DNA from: Neophaeotheca triangularis | Taxonomy: Eukaryota | Assembly (NCBI GenBank): GCA_054600435.1 | Contig: BAAIJX010000011.1 | Location: forward strand, 124,001-188,000 | DNA: 64,000 nt | Direction of reading: 5' to 3' | In this document: one piece after another, positions 1 through 12,070 of the stretch | Layout of the letters: each line of letters starts with the position of its first letter | How positions within the stretch are numbered: position 1 is the first letter of the stretch | Made by a program: the position numbers and the translations under genes | Notes under the pieces: model-generated | Seen by the model: only the letters and a program-made list of their open reading frames with translations | Told to the model about the DNA's origin: nothing | The model's database searches: none

Positions 1-675
1 CCACAGGAACGTATACTAAGGTACCTGTACTGTTGAATGTACAGTCTGCACCGTATCTGACTACTACCTAGGTATCTGCAGAGCTGTAAGCTAAGCTAAG
101 GTACATACTTAGCTCATACTACTAGTCCCTACCATACCCATACCTTACCTTAGGTTGCCTACTGAAATCTTGACGGATGACGATTTCTTGCCAAATTTCT
201 GTACAGCGACACCTCCACTCCAGAGTCCACCTTGGCCGGTAGGTAGCTAGGTAAACGTCCGTTTCACTACCTGAACCTTGACCTCCAGAAACGCGCTGAT
301 GGTGGCGCACCTCGCGCACCTAGCAGCCACGCGTTTATCCCTTTTTTTTTTTTTTTTGGACATAATCATCAACATCGTCATCATCCTTGCTACCTAGATA
401 TTCCCTTGAAATTCCAATGTGTTTTTATTCGGTTTGATCGCGGCGAATGGAAGAGGTAAGCTACCGACCGTCTCTAGACTTTTTCATTGCACTCATTTTC
501 TGGGATACTTTTCCGCAGACCCAATGCCATTACGGGCCCCTCTAACGAAGCATCATGACAGCAGTAGCATCGGAACCATCATCTAGACCATCCCGAACCT
601 AAAGACCTCAGCCGAGTGACAGCAGCCAACTACTCGGCCCTCTAAACTACTTACTACCTCCATCAAAATAGCAAG

Positions 676-1646
676 ATGAAGCTCTACGCGATCGCAGACA
701 TTCACCTCTCCTTCAAAAGCAATCGAGAAGAGTTTGCGGATTTGACCCCCAGGCCCGATGACGGATTGATCCTAGCCGGTGACAGTACGAAACCTAATCA
801 CCGTAAAGCGATGAAACCGACGCCTCACTAATTATCGAGTCAGTTGGCGAATCAATAGAAGTTCTCAACGAGGCCTTTGAGACAGCGACGACACGGTTCA
901 AACAAGTCTTTTGGGTCCCCGGCAACCATGAGCTTTACTCGTCGCAGTCCTCCAAGGAAGAGACAATGCACCTCAAGGGCGAAGCCAAATACATGGCCTG
1001 CGTTCGCGCTGCAAAGGCCCATGGTGTAATCACGCCCGAAGACGATTTCGTTCCTTGGACATACACCGCCAACGATGGGTCTCGCGAGCGTGCCCTGATC
1101 TGTCCCATCTTTACGCTTTATGATTACAGTTTCCGCCCGGATCATGTGACTAGAGAGAAAGCGTTGGAGTGGGCAATGGAGGAAGGCATTAGAGCCACGG
1201 ACGAAAATTTGTTACATCCCGACCCTTACGCCTCGCGGGACGAGTGGTGTCACAGGCTCGTCCAGCAAAGCGAGGTCAAGCTCGAAAAGGCTAAGGCAAC
1301 TGGCTTGCCGCTTGTCATTATTAACCACTGGCCGCTACGCGAGGACACGGTATACATCCCAAGGGTGCCTCGTTTTTCTATTTGGTGTGGCACCAAGAAG
1401 ACCGAGGATTGGCATACGAGGTTTGGGGCCAAGGTGGTTGTTACGGGGCATTTGCACGTCCGTAGGACGGATTACATTGACGGCGTGAGGTTTGAGGAAG
1501 TCAGTCTGGGCTATCCTAAGCAGTGGCAGGCAGCAAAGGACGCCGGCAACGACGTCAACAGCATGCTACGAGAGATCTTACCTGGACCTGCGGATCCGAC
1601 ACCTGGTCGGGAACCACCTACTACCTGGCGACAGCATGGTCCATGA
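676..1646 (+). CDS. Calcineurin-like metallophosphoesterase, PptH/Rv2795c-like; exons 676-784 and 844-1646
   Basis: ATG 676 gives MKLYAIADIHLS...ILAGD. Intron 785-843 (GTACGA...CACTAAT...CAG) joins it in frame to WVPGNHELY and the 966-1646 ORF. All five metallophosphoesterase motifs are present: DxH, GD, GNHE, NH, GHLH. Confidence 0.9.
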
Positions 1647-2453
1647 GTTGTGTTTTGGAGATTCTGCGAAAACCGCGTAGCTTCGCGCCAAATTCGCATG
1701 GACAACCCTCGAAGTAGGACATTCTGCTCGGTACCAGTTTCCGAGATTGGTGGGTTCGACGAAAGCATCAGCCATTGGAGCTGCTGCAATGGGGGAACTC
1801 GACGAGCCAGCATCTGCTTGTTTACAAGACCCTCTCGTCTTCCAACCGCCGGGCGTTGGCAACATGTGTCGGCCCTGAGTCAACGCTAGACTACCGGCGC
1901 ATTGACAGCCCTCAGCAGTCGACGCCGAGCTAAAAGATACAGAGACTGGAATCCACAACAAAGCACTTGATTGCGGGCTACTGGAGTGCCCAGCACAATT
2001 GATAGCAGCACGTTCGAATAACGTGCAAATCTTGTTATCCAATTCCAGAGCACATCCAATTTCAGAGCACTCACCAATCAAGTCTGCTTAAGCAGACATG
2101 AATCAGAAATGCCGTGAAATGGAACATTTACTGGACGCTGGGCAGTTCCATAGATTGAACAAGGTGTAGTTTCGTCTACTGTACTCGTTTTCGGGGTCAT
2201 GTCCGATACCTCACCTGCATTGTCGATCCGGCACCTCAGTTTGTAAGCGTTGCCCCTCTTTCGTCATGTCTGCCCCGCCAAAAGATGGAAGATGGCACTC
2301 ATACCCATCCGTGATAGCCGGGGCGACCTTTAATAGAATATGTGCCCTCCTTCCAACTTGCCTCTATTACCCAGCCGCTGTATACGAGACCTTGCTCAAA
2401 GTCCCTTCCTAATCAACCTCGGAACCTACTACTGATCTTACGAGCTGACGATC

Positions 2454-3545
2454 ATGGCTACCATGAAAGCAATTGGTAGGACTCGATCCCAACCCGCAAT
2501 GTACCTAGGTAGTGCATACCCAAGCACCAACTCACTGACCAACTCCCTAGACATCAAGAACGACAAAGGCCCCATAGAAAACCTCTACATCAACGACGTC
2601 CCCCGACCCAAAATCGACAATGCAAAAGCCCTCGTCAAAGTTAAGGCCTTCGGTCTCAACCGGATGGACCTCATGCAACGCGAAGGAAAATACCCCCTCC
2701 CTCCACAAGCACCCAAGATCATGGGCGTAGAGTTCTCCGGCACAATAGAAGAACTAGCAGAAGGTAGCGAAAGCGGGTTCAAAAAGGGCGACGCCGTCTT
2801 CGGTCTTGCCTACGGCGGCGCCTACGCGGAATACATTGCAGTCTCCACACACATGCTGGTGCACAAGCCCGATGAGCTGAGCTGGGAGGAGTGCGCCGGC
2901 ATCCCGGAGACCTGGATCACCGCGCTGCAGGCAATGTATCTGGTGGGAGAGTTCGCGCCGGGCAAATCCATCCTCTGGCACGCGGGCGCCTCCTCCGTCT
3001 CCATCGCCGGCCAGCAGCTCAGTCTCGCACACGGCGCTTCCGCAGTCTACGCGACCGCTCGCTCAGACGACAAGTGCGATTTCTGCGTCCGGAAGTTGGG
3101 CAGCAAAGCGGCGTATAACACGGAGAAGACCAAGTTCGACGAGGAGATACTCAAAGCCACCGACGGCAAGGGCGTCGACATCATCGTCGACTTCTTGGGC
3201 CCTGGGGCTTTCGCGCAGAACCTCAATGCGGCCGCGCGTGACGCTCGGATTGTGAATTTGGCTGCGCTGACGGGGCCGACGCTCAAGGCTGGACACACCG
3301 ATGCGAACTTTTTGTCTTTCTTCGCCAAGCGGTTGCGGTTCGAGGGCAGTGGGTTAAGGAGTCGTGATGAGGCTTACCAGGGCCGCTTGAGGGATAAGCT
3401 TGTCGAGGAGGCGTTGCCGTTGTTCAAGAAGGGTGATTTCAAGGTTTATATTGAGAAGGTATATCCGTGGGATCAGATACAGGAGGCGCATCGCCAGATG
3501 GAGAGTAATCAGACAAAGGGGAAGTTGATTTGTACGATACCTTGA
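2454..3545 (+). CDS. NADPH:quinone oxidoreductase, PIG3/zeta-crystallin type (MDR family); in-frame intron 2476-2550
   Basis: Motifs VKAFGLNRMDL, GVEFSG, GGAYAEY, HAGASSV, GVDIIVDF and C-terminal GKLI. A 75-nt GTAGGA...CTGAC...TAG intron explains the odd N-terminal insert in the ORF track. Confidence 0.92.
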   Translation: MATMKAIGRTRSQPAMYLGSAYPSTNSLTNSLDIKNDKGPIENLYINDVPRPKIDNAKALVKVKAFGLNRMDLMQREGKYPLPPQAPKIMGVEFSGTIEELAEGSESGFKKGDAVFGLAYGGAYAEYIAVSTHMLVHKPDELSWEECAGIPETWITALQAMYLVGEFAPGKSILWHAGASSVSIAGQQLSLAHGASAVYATARSDDKCDFCVRKLGSKAAYNTEKTKFDEEILKATDGKGVDIIVDFLGPGAFAQNLNAAARDARIVNLAALTGPTLKAGHTDANFLSFFAKRLRFEGSGLRSRDEAYQGRLRDKLVEEALPLFKKGDFKVYIEKVYPWDQIQEAHRQMESNQTKGKLICTIP

Positions 3546-4750
3546 TTGTTGAGTGAGGTAGAATACCATACTTTGTATTGTTGCCATTTGAGCAGGCAGG
3601 ACTCCCATAGTGTTCGGCCCATTCTCCGAGAGGGACTATGCTTCATTGCGATGCAACTTGCGTGCCCGCATCGGAATGTCGAGCGACATCTGTCGGAATT
3701 GACTTGAAGCGTCTAGTTTGATGAGACGTCTTCTAGAACTCATCATGAGCATGGTGGACATGCCTCAATAATGACATTAGAACGATGCATCGAAAAGTTC
3801 TAGGTCAATGGGGACGGCAAAGACCGCGGGGTTACATCAACTCGGAACATGAGACGCTTCGAAAGAACTATTGAATGCTAAAGCTGTCGTGTGTGAGATG
3901 TTTTGAAACACAACTTCAAGTCCCGTCCTTCCAAGCGAGGCGATGCCAGACGAAACCTCAGATTCAACGTTACTACTAGTATGTACCTACTGTAGCAGGA
4001 TGGATGACCACAACAGCAAATCCCATCGACTTTGCGACAACAACAGCAACAAAGCAGCAGCACATCACCCCGTCAACAACGACAGATCTAATAACACACT
4101 ACCGGATCAACGAACATGTTCGCCGCCGAGTCCCTGCGGAACAGATACATGGCGACTTGATTGTTAGCCTCGTCCGTAGCAACAGAAAACGTCCCGCGTC
4201 CGCTCACGAAAAGCTTGAGGCCCACCGAGTCAATCCGACACCCCCGTTTCACCACACCGTGGAGTCCCGACACACGCCTTGGTATCCAATCCAAGCATCT
4301 CGTCAGGCGCACACGTTGGCTGTTTGCAGCGAGTTTGATCGTCGAAACTGAATCGACGCGGCCGAAAGGCCTTGCCTGCCGCACTAACTCGGGATGCTCA
4401 GAGGTAGGTAGGTAGATACCTGGGGAGGGATGGCAAGTCGGTGCCGGTTGCCTCTTTTTTGGTTGATGTTGTTATTGTTAGGGGTAGAGTAAGGTATTGT
4501 ACGCTCAAACAATGCCTTTCTAGCCGTTCTTCCCTTCCCCCTCCCTTTCGCCTCAGCCTTTGACAGGTACGGGGTTACTTTCTTTCGTTGTATAAGGTGC
4601 ACGGTACCCTTGTCGCACGTTTTGGAGCTCGCAGTTCACGTCCCCGACTCCAAAGAATTGAAGGATAGCTGCCGGAAGTACGAGCTCGACGATTCCCTCG
4701 CAATCCGTAGAACCATCTCCTCGGGACTCTCTCTCCAGCATCGATTAGCC

Positions 4751-6106
4751 ATGGCAGCAAACGAGACAAACGACAACGACAACGGCTTCGACTACAGCGA
4801 CCTAGAAAGCGGACCCCTCCAACCTCCGCCCGCCGGCCGATTCGACACCCCCCAACAAGCCCCTTCGCGAGGCAGTCTCAACTTCTCCCTGCGCGGCCCC
4901 CCCACCAGCGGCTCCCATTCAGCAACAGACAGCTCGGAAGCGCAAAGCGCGCGCTCACAGAACTCACCCAACCGCTCCGGCCCCCCCATCAGCAAATTCA
5001 GCGAAGAGCTGACGGAACCCAAATCCATGGCCACCACCACGACTGCCGCCGCAAAACCCACAACAGGCAACCCTTTACCGCCCGTGACGGCAGAAGCGCC
5101 AGACTCGACCGCCTCGCACTCTCCACCACCCGGCAAACACAGCCGCTCCATGGACATCATGGAGTACATGAAGCAGCACGGTCAGGCTTCCTTCGCCCAC
5201 AGCGCCACCTCGCTGCTCCCGCCGGGCACGGCGTCCACGCAAGCAGCCACCGACGGCGACGACCACGTGGCAGACGAAAAGCCCGAAACCGCCAAAACCG
5301 GCGCCGCCGCAAGCACCCGCCCCGCTTCTTCCCTCACCTTCGCCAGCCGCGTCTTCGAAGCCGGTAAGCCGCATCTGCTGTACGATGTCGCGCAGCGCCG
5401 GGGCTCGCCGTGCGGGGTTCTGGACTTGACGACGCTGCAGCGCATGAACCAGCACGTGCTGCAGCAGAAACTGGTGGAGCAGGTTCGCGCGCTGGGAAAG
5501 CGGGAGGCGTGGATGGAGATTGGGATTCAGCAGACGTTGCACGCGTATTGTGAGTGAATCTTGTGCCCAAGATGGTTAAGCTTTTTTTTTTTTTTTTTTT
5601 TGGCATTGCTGACATGGTATGATGCAGGCGAATCCATCCGCGACGCAGAACTAATGGCCCAGCACGCCTCGCGGGGCATGGCACACGACCCCTTCTTGAT
5701 CACCACAAGCGATGGGCTGGAAACTAAACTCCTCGAGGAAGCCGGGCTGATTACAAGCCCACGCCTCAACGACAAAGCCGCCAAGACCTCATCGGCTTCC
5801 AGTACCCAAGAGCAAAAGCATCCACAGAGATTGACGCCGCAGCGGCGCGAGACGCCCAAGAAGCGCAGTCTGCGCCGCTTGCTCATGGCACTGACGGCGG
5901 CGCTCTCGCTCGTCGTGCCCATGCTCATCATGATGCTTGTGGATGGCCAGCTGACCAAGATAATCACGGGGACGGCTTTCGCAGTTGCGTTTGCTTTCGC
6001 CTTTGGTGTCGGGAGTGAGATGGAGCCGGATAAGGTCGCCGGGGTCGTCGGGCTGTATGCTGCCGTTTTGGTCGTGTTTGTCAGCAATAACCCACCTGCG
6101 TACTGA
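4751..6106 (+). CDS. DUF6594-like fungal protein: disordered N-terminus, C-terminal transmembrane segments; intron 5550-5627
   Basis: ORFs 4610-5557 and 5561-6106 are joined in frame by GTGAGT...GCTGAC...CAG (HAYC|ESIRDAE). LQRMN..LQQKL and the hydrophobic end LVVPMLIM...YAAVLVVFVS resemble DUF6594 as I recall it. The start codon is uncertain. Confidence 0.7.
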
Positions 6107-6403
6107 GAGGGAGCGGAGGGCTGGTTATCGGGAGTGGATTGGGATTGCTTTGAGCGAGGAGTTGGGGCGTTTGTTTTCGGGGTTTGAATGCTCTTGTGAA
6201 CGACTGGGCTACCGGCCCTGTTTAAAGCGTGTTTCTCGTCAATATTTATCATACAGCTGGTCGTCGTGAATCGTTTATTCGATATGACCAGAAACCATCC
6301 CGTCCCGCATAACTCCCACCAAACGCCGTGGTGTTGCCCCTGGAACCGACCCCGAGTGCGCCTCTTCCTGTCATGGTCGTTACCTCCATGCCATTCGACA
6401 TTT

Positions 6404-6934
6404 TCATTCCTGAATATTATCCAAAGCCACAAAATCCCCATTCAAATACCCCTCAAGCTGCGACTCATAAACCCGCTGCAAACGAATCTCCGACCTCTGC
6501 GCTCGTAGACTAGCTTGCTGCTGCCGTTTCTGCTGCTCTTGTTGCTGGTACCGGAGCTCTCTCAGCGAAAACTCCGTCGGTGAGTCCCTTCGGCGCAATT
6601 GCGGCACTCCGGAAGAATGAGGCGAACCTCTCTTGCTGACGCTGGGGGTGGCGCTGGGAGTGCGAGTGAAGCTGCTCGGATCGACTGGAGCGGGACTTGA
6701 GCTGATACCTTGACTCTGGTTTGCGGGTTCGTGAAGGATGCTACGACTGTGGGCGTCGGTATAGCTCGGATGAGGAGAAGCCGGGGTTGAGATTGGAGCG
6801 GACGAGGACGGGCGTGCTTTTGTGAGCTTTCGCGGCCGTCTTTGTTCTTCGCAGGGCTCGTTGGAGAAGTTGGAAATGCTGCAGTGCGAACATTGCTGTT
6901 CCGGCGTTCGATCGTGTCTTGTGAATGCAAGCAT
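6404..6934 (-). CDS. Hypothetical Ser/Pro-rich fungal protein
   Basis: The first ATG of the 6404-7060 ORF is at 6934 (MLAFTRH...). The C-terminal helix SEIRLQRVYESQLEGYL looks protein-like. A pyrimidine-rich leader lies upstream. Confidence 0.55.
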   Translation of the reverse strand: MLAFTRHDRTPEQQCSHCSISNFSNEPCEEQRRPRKLTKARPSSSAPISTPASPHPSYTDAHSRSILHEPANQSQGISSSPAPVDPSSFTRTPSATPSVSKRGSPHSSGVPQLRRRDSPTEFSLRELRYQQQEQQKRQQQASLRAQRSEIRLQRVYESQLEGYLNGDFVALDNIQE

Positions 6935-8118
6935 TGTGATGGCTGGAAAGGCTTCGTTTTCTAGGCGTCCAGCAGTTACAATGGGCGCCAACAGTAGTGT
7001 GAAAAGGAAGCTGAAAATGAAAGAGAAAGAGAAAGAAGGAAGGAAGAGAAAGGAAACCAAGCGGAGACCCCAGCCTCGCGCCCTTGACGACGATGATGAG
7101 ACTCTTATATCTCACGATCGTTCGTCTGCAACTCTGGAGTAGGAAAGCAACAGACTGCGGTTCTGAGGGTGCATACTGCATAGACTTCAGCTAGTGCGCA
7201 TTGCAGCAACGCCCTCACTACCGCAGAGAACGGCGATCGACGAATCTTGCGGCTCGACTGAACGTTCAACGTGCCGTCGACGATGGTGCTGACGACGGCG
7301 ATGGCTGGTGAGCAAAAAGCGGAAAGCCGCGCCATGAGGTCCAGAGAGTTTTCCTATGAATAGGAACGCTCATGCATAACTCAATACAATAAACATGGCG
7401 GTTATAAGTCCGGGGTGTTCCTGGCTGATAGTGCCTCCGGGTAGCCAAGGTAGTCAGTCAAGGTAGGTGGGAAACGGCAGCATTCTTTTGCCTTTACGCC
7501 GTGAACACCACACAGTGCACACCGCACCACACCACGCGTTTGTATCCAAGTAGTGTTTTTTCAAGGGTGGTGCCTGGTGATCTGCTAGCTTCGACAGCTT
7601 TTTTGGCGGGTGTTGAAGGGGAACTGAACGGATGTCACCATGTCAGGCAGCTCACTCAGGCTTGATGGAGCTGTCGGTACGAAATGTTCCCATGTTCCCA
7701 CCCGTCTTCGTGGCGACATGTCCTCAGGCGGTAGGCGAGCTACCTGTGTAATGACTACGGAGAGATACCCAGTCGTTTGTAACACTGTCATCATTGCTGG
7801 GGGACAGCTCCCCTGTTTCTCGGCGACAGGATGGACACATCTTCAACAAGAGCTGAAGGCTGATGAGAAATGAGGGGAACCTGTTAGACGCGATTCGATC
7901 CCTGCACGTCGACGACGTCCTACCATTTCAACAGTTACATCACGGTAAAAAACTCGTGTCTTCATCATGAGGCATCAGGTAAATACCCTAGGCTATACAC
8001 AATCTCTGCAGTGCCTTTTTTGCCTCTCCTTCCCGCACCGTACTACGCCAATTTGCCATCCGTATGAACGCTAAAGACATCAAAAGCCGTGGTATTGATA
8101 CAACCTCTCACCCGTTTT

Positions 8119-8786
8119 TCAAGCAGTTGCAGTGTTGCCCTGCGTGTCAGCAACCTGCTCAATTTCAATCTTGGGCATGGCAGCGCCGGTGCCGCCCAAA
8201 TCGGTGGCCTTGGCCTTGGGGTTCTTGGTGTAGTAGTTGCTGATGGCGGACTTGATGGCGTCTTCCGCAAGCATGGAGCAGTGCACTGCAGTCGACGCAT
8301 TAGCTATACTGATACTTCCCCGAGACATGGATGACTATCAAACTTACGCTTGACAGGCGGCAAAGAAAGCTCCTTGGCAATCTCGGTGTTCCTGATCCTA
8401 CCAGCCTGTTCCAGAGTCATACCCCGCACGAGCTCCGTCAAATAGCTGCTGCTGGCAATGGCCGACCCGCAGCCAAAGGTCTTGAACTTGACGTCTGAGA
8501 TGGTGTTGTCCTTGGGGTCGACCTTGATCTGCAGCTTCATGACGTCGCCGCACGCCGGTGCTCCCACGAGTCCTGTGCCGACGTCTTCGGCGTTCTTGCC
8601 CATGGATCCGACATTTCGGGGGTTGTTGTAGTGGTCGAGGACCTTTTCATGGTAGCTGCGGCGGAGAGGAGCGGTGGTGACCGCAGGGGCGAAGCTGCCG
8701 GCAAAGGAGGTGGTGGTCGGACGGGTCGCCGTCGCCATGGCCTGCGAGGCGCGGGCGGGCGCAGTGCTCAATACTCTTCTGAACAT
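8119..8786 (-). CDS. ISU1: Mitochondrial Fe-S cluster scaffold IscU/Isu1; intron 8286-8347
   Basis: YHEKVLDHYNNPRNVG, GAPACGDVMKLQI, FKTFGCGSAIASSS. Splicing restores LPPVK-LHCSMLAEDAI. Arg/Ala/Thr-rich presequence. Confidence 0.97.
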
Positions 8787-9090
8787 TTTGCTGTAGTTTC
8801 TCTGGTTTCCTTTGATGGGTGTGAAGATGGAGCTTTGATGATTAGGTTTGTTGTGGTTGAAGTGTGGTCGATGAAGGGCAGTCGAGTGAATGTTTCGTCG
8901 AAGTAGAGAGCCATGACATCGATTGCCAAGAGCTCGCTTCTTTGTTGCCTCTTTTGGCCGACGTCGGCTTTTACATCACATGCACGCTCATTGGAGGACG
9001 TTACTGCGGAAAGTGGGACAGTACCTAGGTATTATACTGATCGCTACTCCCGACGTGTCCAGAGTCCAGACGACGCATTATTATGACTGA

Positions 9091-11181
9091 TCAGCTCAAC
9101 AACACCCTAATCTCATCACCAGTCCTTGGGAAAACGTTCCTCAGAGAACCAGCACCGTCTTCACCCTCATCATCATCCTCCGCTCTCTCCCTCACTTCAT
9201 CAGCTTGCACGATTAGCCCTTCAATCTCCTCAAAGTCCTCGCAGAACCTTTCAGCAGCATTCTCACAGACTCTCCTCACGAGCGTCTTATCCTGCAACTC
9301 CTTCAACCACTCTCGAGCATCCTCGGTAGCAGTAGGGAGGAAAGCATCCAGATTCGCCGCAATCTTGGCGAGTTGGGCGGGGTCTTTGTAGGTGCTGGAC
9401 AGGTGATCGGTGTTTGAAATGGAGTCGACTAGCGTTTTAAGTCCAGATTGTGCGAGCAACCAGTCGTGCATATCGTCTGTGAGGTCTTGGGCGTGGTCTT
9501 TGATCTGAGGCTGCAAGGAGTTGGCTCGAGCGGCAAACCCATTTTTGCTCAGGACGTCTTTGATGGTGAGGAGGTAGTTGAGGGCAAATATATGCGAGTT
9601 TGGGGGATTCAGGCGGTTCGTCAAATTGGCGCAGGCCGATAGGTAAGGGTCGAGGGCTTCGCGCATAATGGGTTCGAAGGCTTCTGCGCGCTCAGATCGC
9701 GACATTGGACCGGAGCTGGTCTCGTGTGATTGCATCAGGGTTTGGATAGTGTTGAGCGCTTCAAGGAGAAAGTCTGGCGGAGCGAATTCCGTGGGTGTGA
9801 TGGAGGTTTCTGCACGCAAAGACTCAATATTGTCTCTGATCACCAAGCGGAACGACCGAAGCGCTGTGTCTGCGATTGGCCGTAGCACGTTGAGTAGCGA
9901 AGACTGCGAGCCGAGTAACGAAGTAAATATTCCGTCGTAAAATGTGACCAAGTTCGAAATCTTGTAAGCAAGCACAGCATCCTCATGACTCTGAATCACT
10001 TGTTCTATGCGCTGTTTCAACTGTCGAAAGACGCCAGAGAGGTCACGGTCAACAAGTTCGTTGAGCGCTTTGCGACCGTCGAAGACAGGCTGTGCATCTT
10101 CATCCGAGTCGCGTGTCCAAGGCTCGCTTTCAATCCCAGCTTGGATGCTTTTCGCGATCTCGTCACCTTCAGAGATGAACAGCACTTCTAGTGCTTCCCG
10201 TTCAGAGACTGTCGCAGAGTGCGCCCAGGCTAGCATGTCACCGACATAACGCAGTGGCTCATGAGCAGACAATTCAATGGCTTTGCCCATGACTGGATGG
10301 TTCGGATCGACAGGAGCCCCAGTAAGCGCAGCGTAGAAGTTGTCGGAGAGTATTCGTTCTCGCGCTTCCGCAAAGAAGTCTAGACAGTTTTGGAACAGTG
10401 CAGGTCTCTCGGCAAGGACCCTCAGAGCTCGTCTGATGGCAGTACTGATCTGTGGATTCTCCAGATCCAAAGTCTTGAATTCGCGCTGCACCCATCTGTA
10501 CAGTTTTTGAAACGCGGCATTGAGTTGCTTCGAACTCTGTTCCAAAATCTCTAATCCCAGTCGCTGGTTCTCTGAGCCAAGAAGCACTTGCGAGTCCTCA
10601 TGTATTCTTTTTACCCGTGTCAGGACACGGAAGAAGTCATCGTTGACAGGCTCAACTGTAGAGCTCAACGAGGCAAGATCAGTGTCAGAAACAACAAAGT
10701 GCGCCTTGAAGGCATCGAGCAGCTGCTGCTTTGTCTCGATCTGTTGACGATCTTTGAGGATACTGCCCGCCTCTTCGAGCATAGGTCCAGCTTCTCGGTT
10801 CGACGCAGTGATGTGTTTCCTCATCTCAGCACAACTGGTATTGAGATCGGCAATGACCTTGCCAATGCGCTTGAGTTGAGCAGCGACAGCGCCGAAGTCC
10901 TGAACTATCTCGCCGTTGCATTGGATTAATTCCTGCTGAACATCTAAACGGAGATTCCGGCGCGTTTCTGCGGTATTGGCAGTCTTCCTCTCATCTAGCA
11001 CGGACAAAGCATCTCTAATCTCCAAGTCGGCGTAGGACGCTGAAAGGACATTGGTGACCCTGCTTTGTATTGCGGTAGATCTGGGCGCAGTGGCCGGCGG
11101 GCTCAAAGGATTGGGAGAGGCTGCTTGGGTTCCATTCGCTCCTGGAGACTTGATACGGTCGGGGAAATAGGAGGCTGCCAT
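9091..11181 (-). CDS. COG6: Conserved oligomeric Golgi complex subunit 6
   Basis: NTAETRRNLRLDV, AAFQKLYRWVQREF and IELSAHEPLRYVGDMLAWAHS are typical of COG6. First ATG at 11181. Confidence 0.92.
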   Translation of the reverse strand: MAASYFPDRIKSPGANGTQAASPNPLSPPATAPRSTAIQSRVTNVLSASYADLEIRDALSVLDERKTANTAETRRNLRLDVQQELIQCNGEIVQDFGAVAAQLKRIGKVIADLNTSCAEMRKHITASNREAGPMLEEAGSILKDRQQIETKQQLLDAFKAHFVVSDTDLASLSSTVEPVNDDFFRVLTRVKRIHEDSQVLLGSENQRLGLEILEQSSKQLNAAFQKLYRWVQREFKTLDLENPQISTAIRRALRVLAERPALFQNCLDFFAEARERILSDNFYAALTGAPVDPNHPVMGKAIELSAHEPLRYVGDMLAWAHSATVSEREALEVLFISEGDEIAKSIQAGIESEPWTRDSDEDAQPVFDGRKALNELVDRDLSGVFRQLKQRIEQVIQSHEDAVLAYKISNLVTFYDGIFTSLLGSQSSLLNVLRPIADTALRSFRLVIRDNIESLRAETSITPTEFAPPDFLLEALNTIQTLMQSHETSSGPMSRSERAEAFEPIMREALDPYLSACANLTNRLNPPNSHIFALNYLLTIKDVLSKNGFAARANSLQPQIKDHAQDLTDDMHDWLLAQSGLKTLVDSISNTDHLSSTYKDPAQLAKIAANLDAFLPTATEDAREWLKELQDKTLVRRVCENAAERFCEDFEEIEGLIVQADEVRERAEDDDEGEDGAGSLRNVFPRTGDEIRVLLS

Positions 11182-12070
11182 GCCTGACGGCGGAGGAGTG
11201 CTTCCGTAGCCTCCAATGTTCAAAGTCCAAAGCCAGGGCAGTATTGAGTTCCACGTGTCGAGTCTAGTCCGAAAGACGACAAGGCAGGGTTCCAAGGTTA
11301 CCTTACTATGCTGACAGCAGTCAACTAGTCGTCACTTTGGAGCCGTAGTCTCTTGGTGTTCGCCACTTGCACACAATGTTCCAGGGTTTGTCGAAAAGGT
11401 CAAGTACAAGCATTCGCCTTCGCTGCATGGAAGCCGAAGCAACGCTCAGGCACTTTGCCGACCCCCTGGGGTCTGAAGGGAAGCTTTGACATGGGCTGCC
11501 AATCATGCCGGAACCGCCTTTCGATTGCTGTTGATCGATACCCTCGAATAAACGTGTGACTGCGGATATTTCCTAGCAGTGAGAAATGTGATGGCAGTGT
11601 GGCCTTCACTACACGTATAACTAATGTACCGGTATTTCTCTATTCACTTGTACTTGCTTGCTAGGCGCCGCCGACTGCACAGCCTCCCGTTACAGCGCCT
11701 CGTTGCCTAGCGCGGGGCAATAATGAGGGACAGCACCTGGGCAGTCCCCTACATTATTATCCATATTACTTCTCCCCCAAGTCCTGCAAACATTCGCCAA
11801 CTCTACCTACCTGAATTACAGAATGCACCAACTCATCTAAGTACTTGATCCATCTCTTCGTCCATCCTCTCCTCTTTCCTCACCAACTCGCCTCGATAAC
11901 TCCTTACCCCGTCACGGACTTGTTGCGTCAGCTCTCAACAACAGCCTCGCCAAGGTTATCTAGGTAGCGAGTCCAGTGGATTGGGCTTCCGTACTAATTG
12001 TACCACCAAATTCGCGCGGATCCAAACGAGCAGGGTTAGCTAGGCAGAGGGTGGAGAGCAGCTGCCCACT

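Noticed and set aside
1..300. TA-rich stretch as a RIP-mutated transposon relic
   Set aside because: No terminal repeats, transposase remnants or extended AT-rich block. It is better described as TACCT/AGGTA motif clustering.
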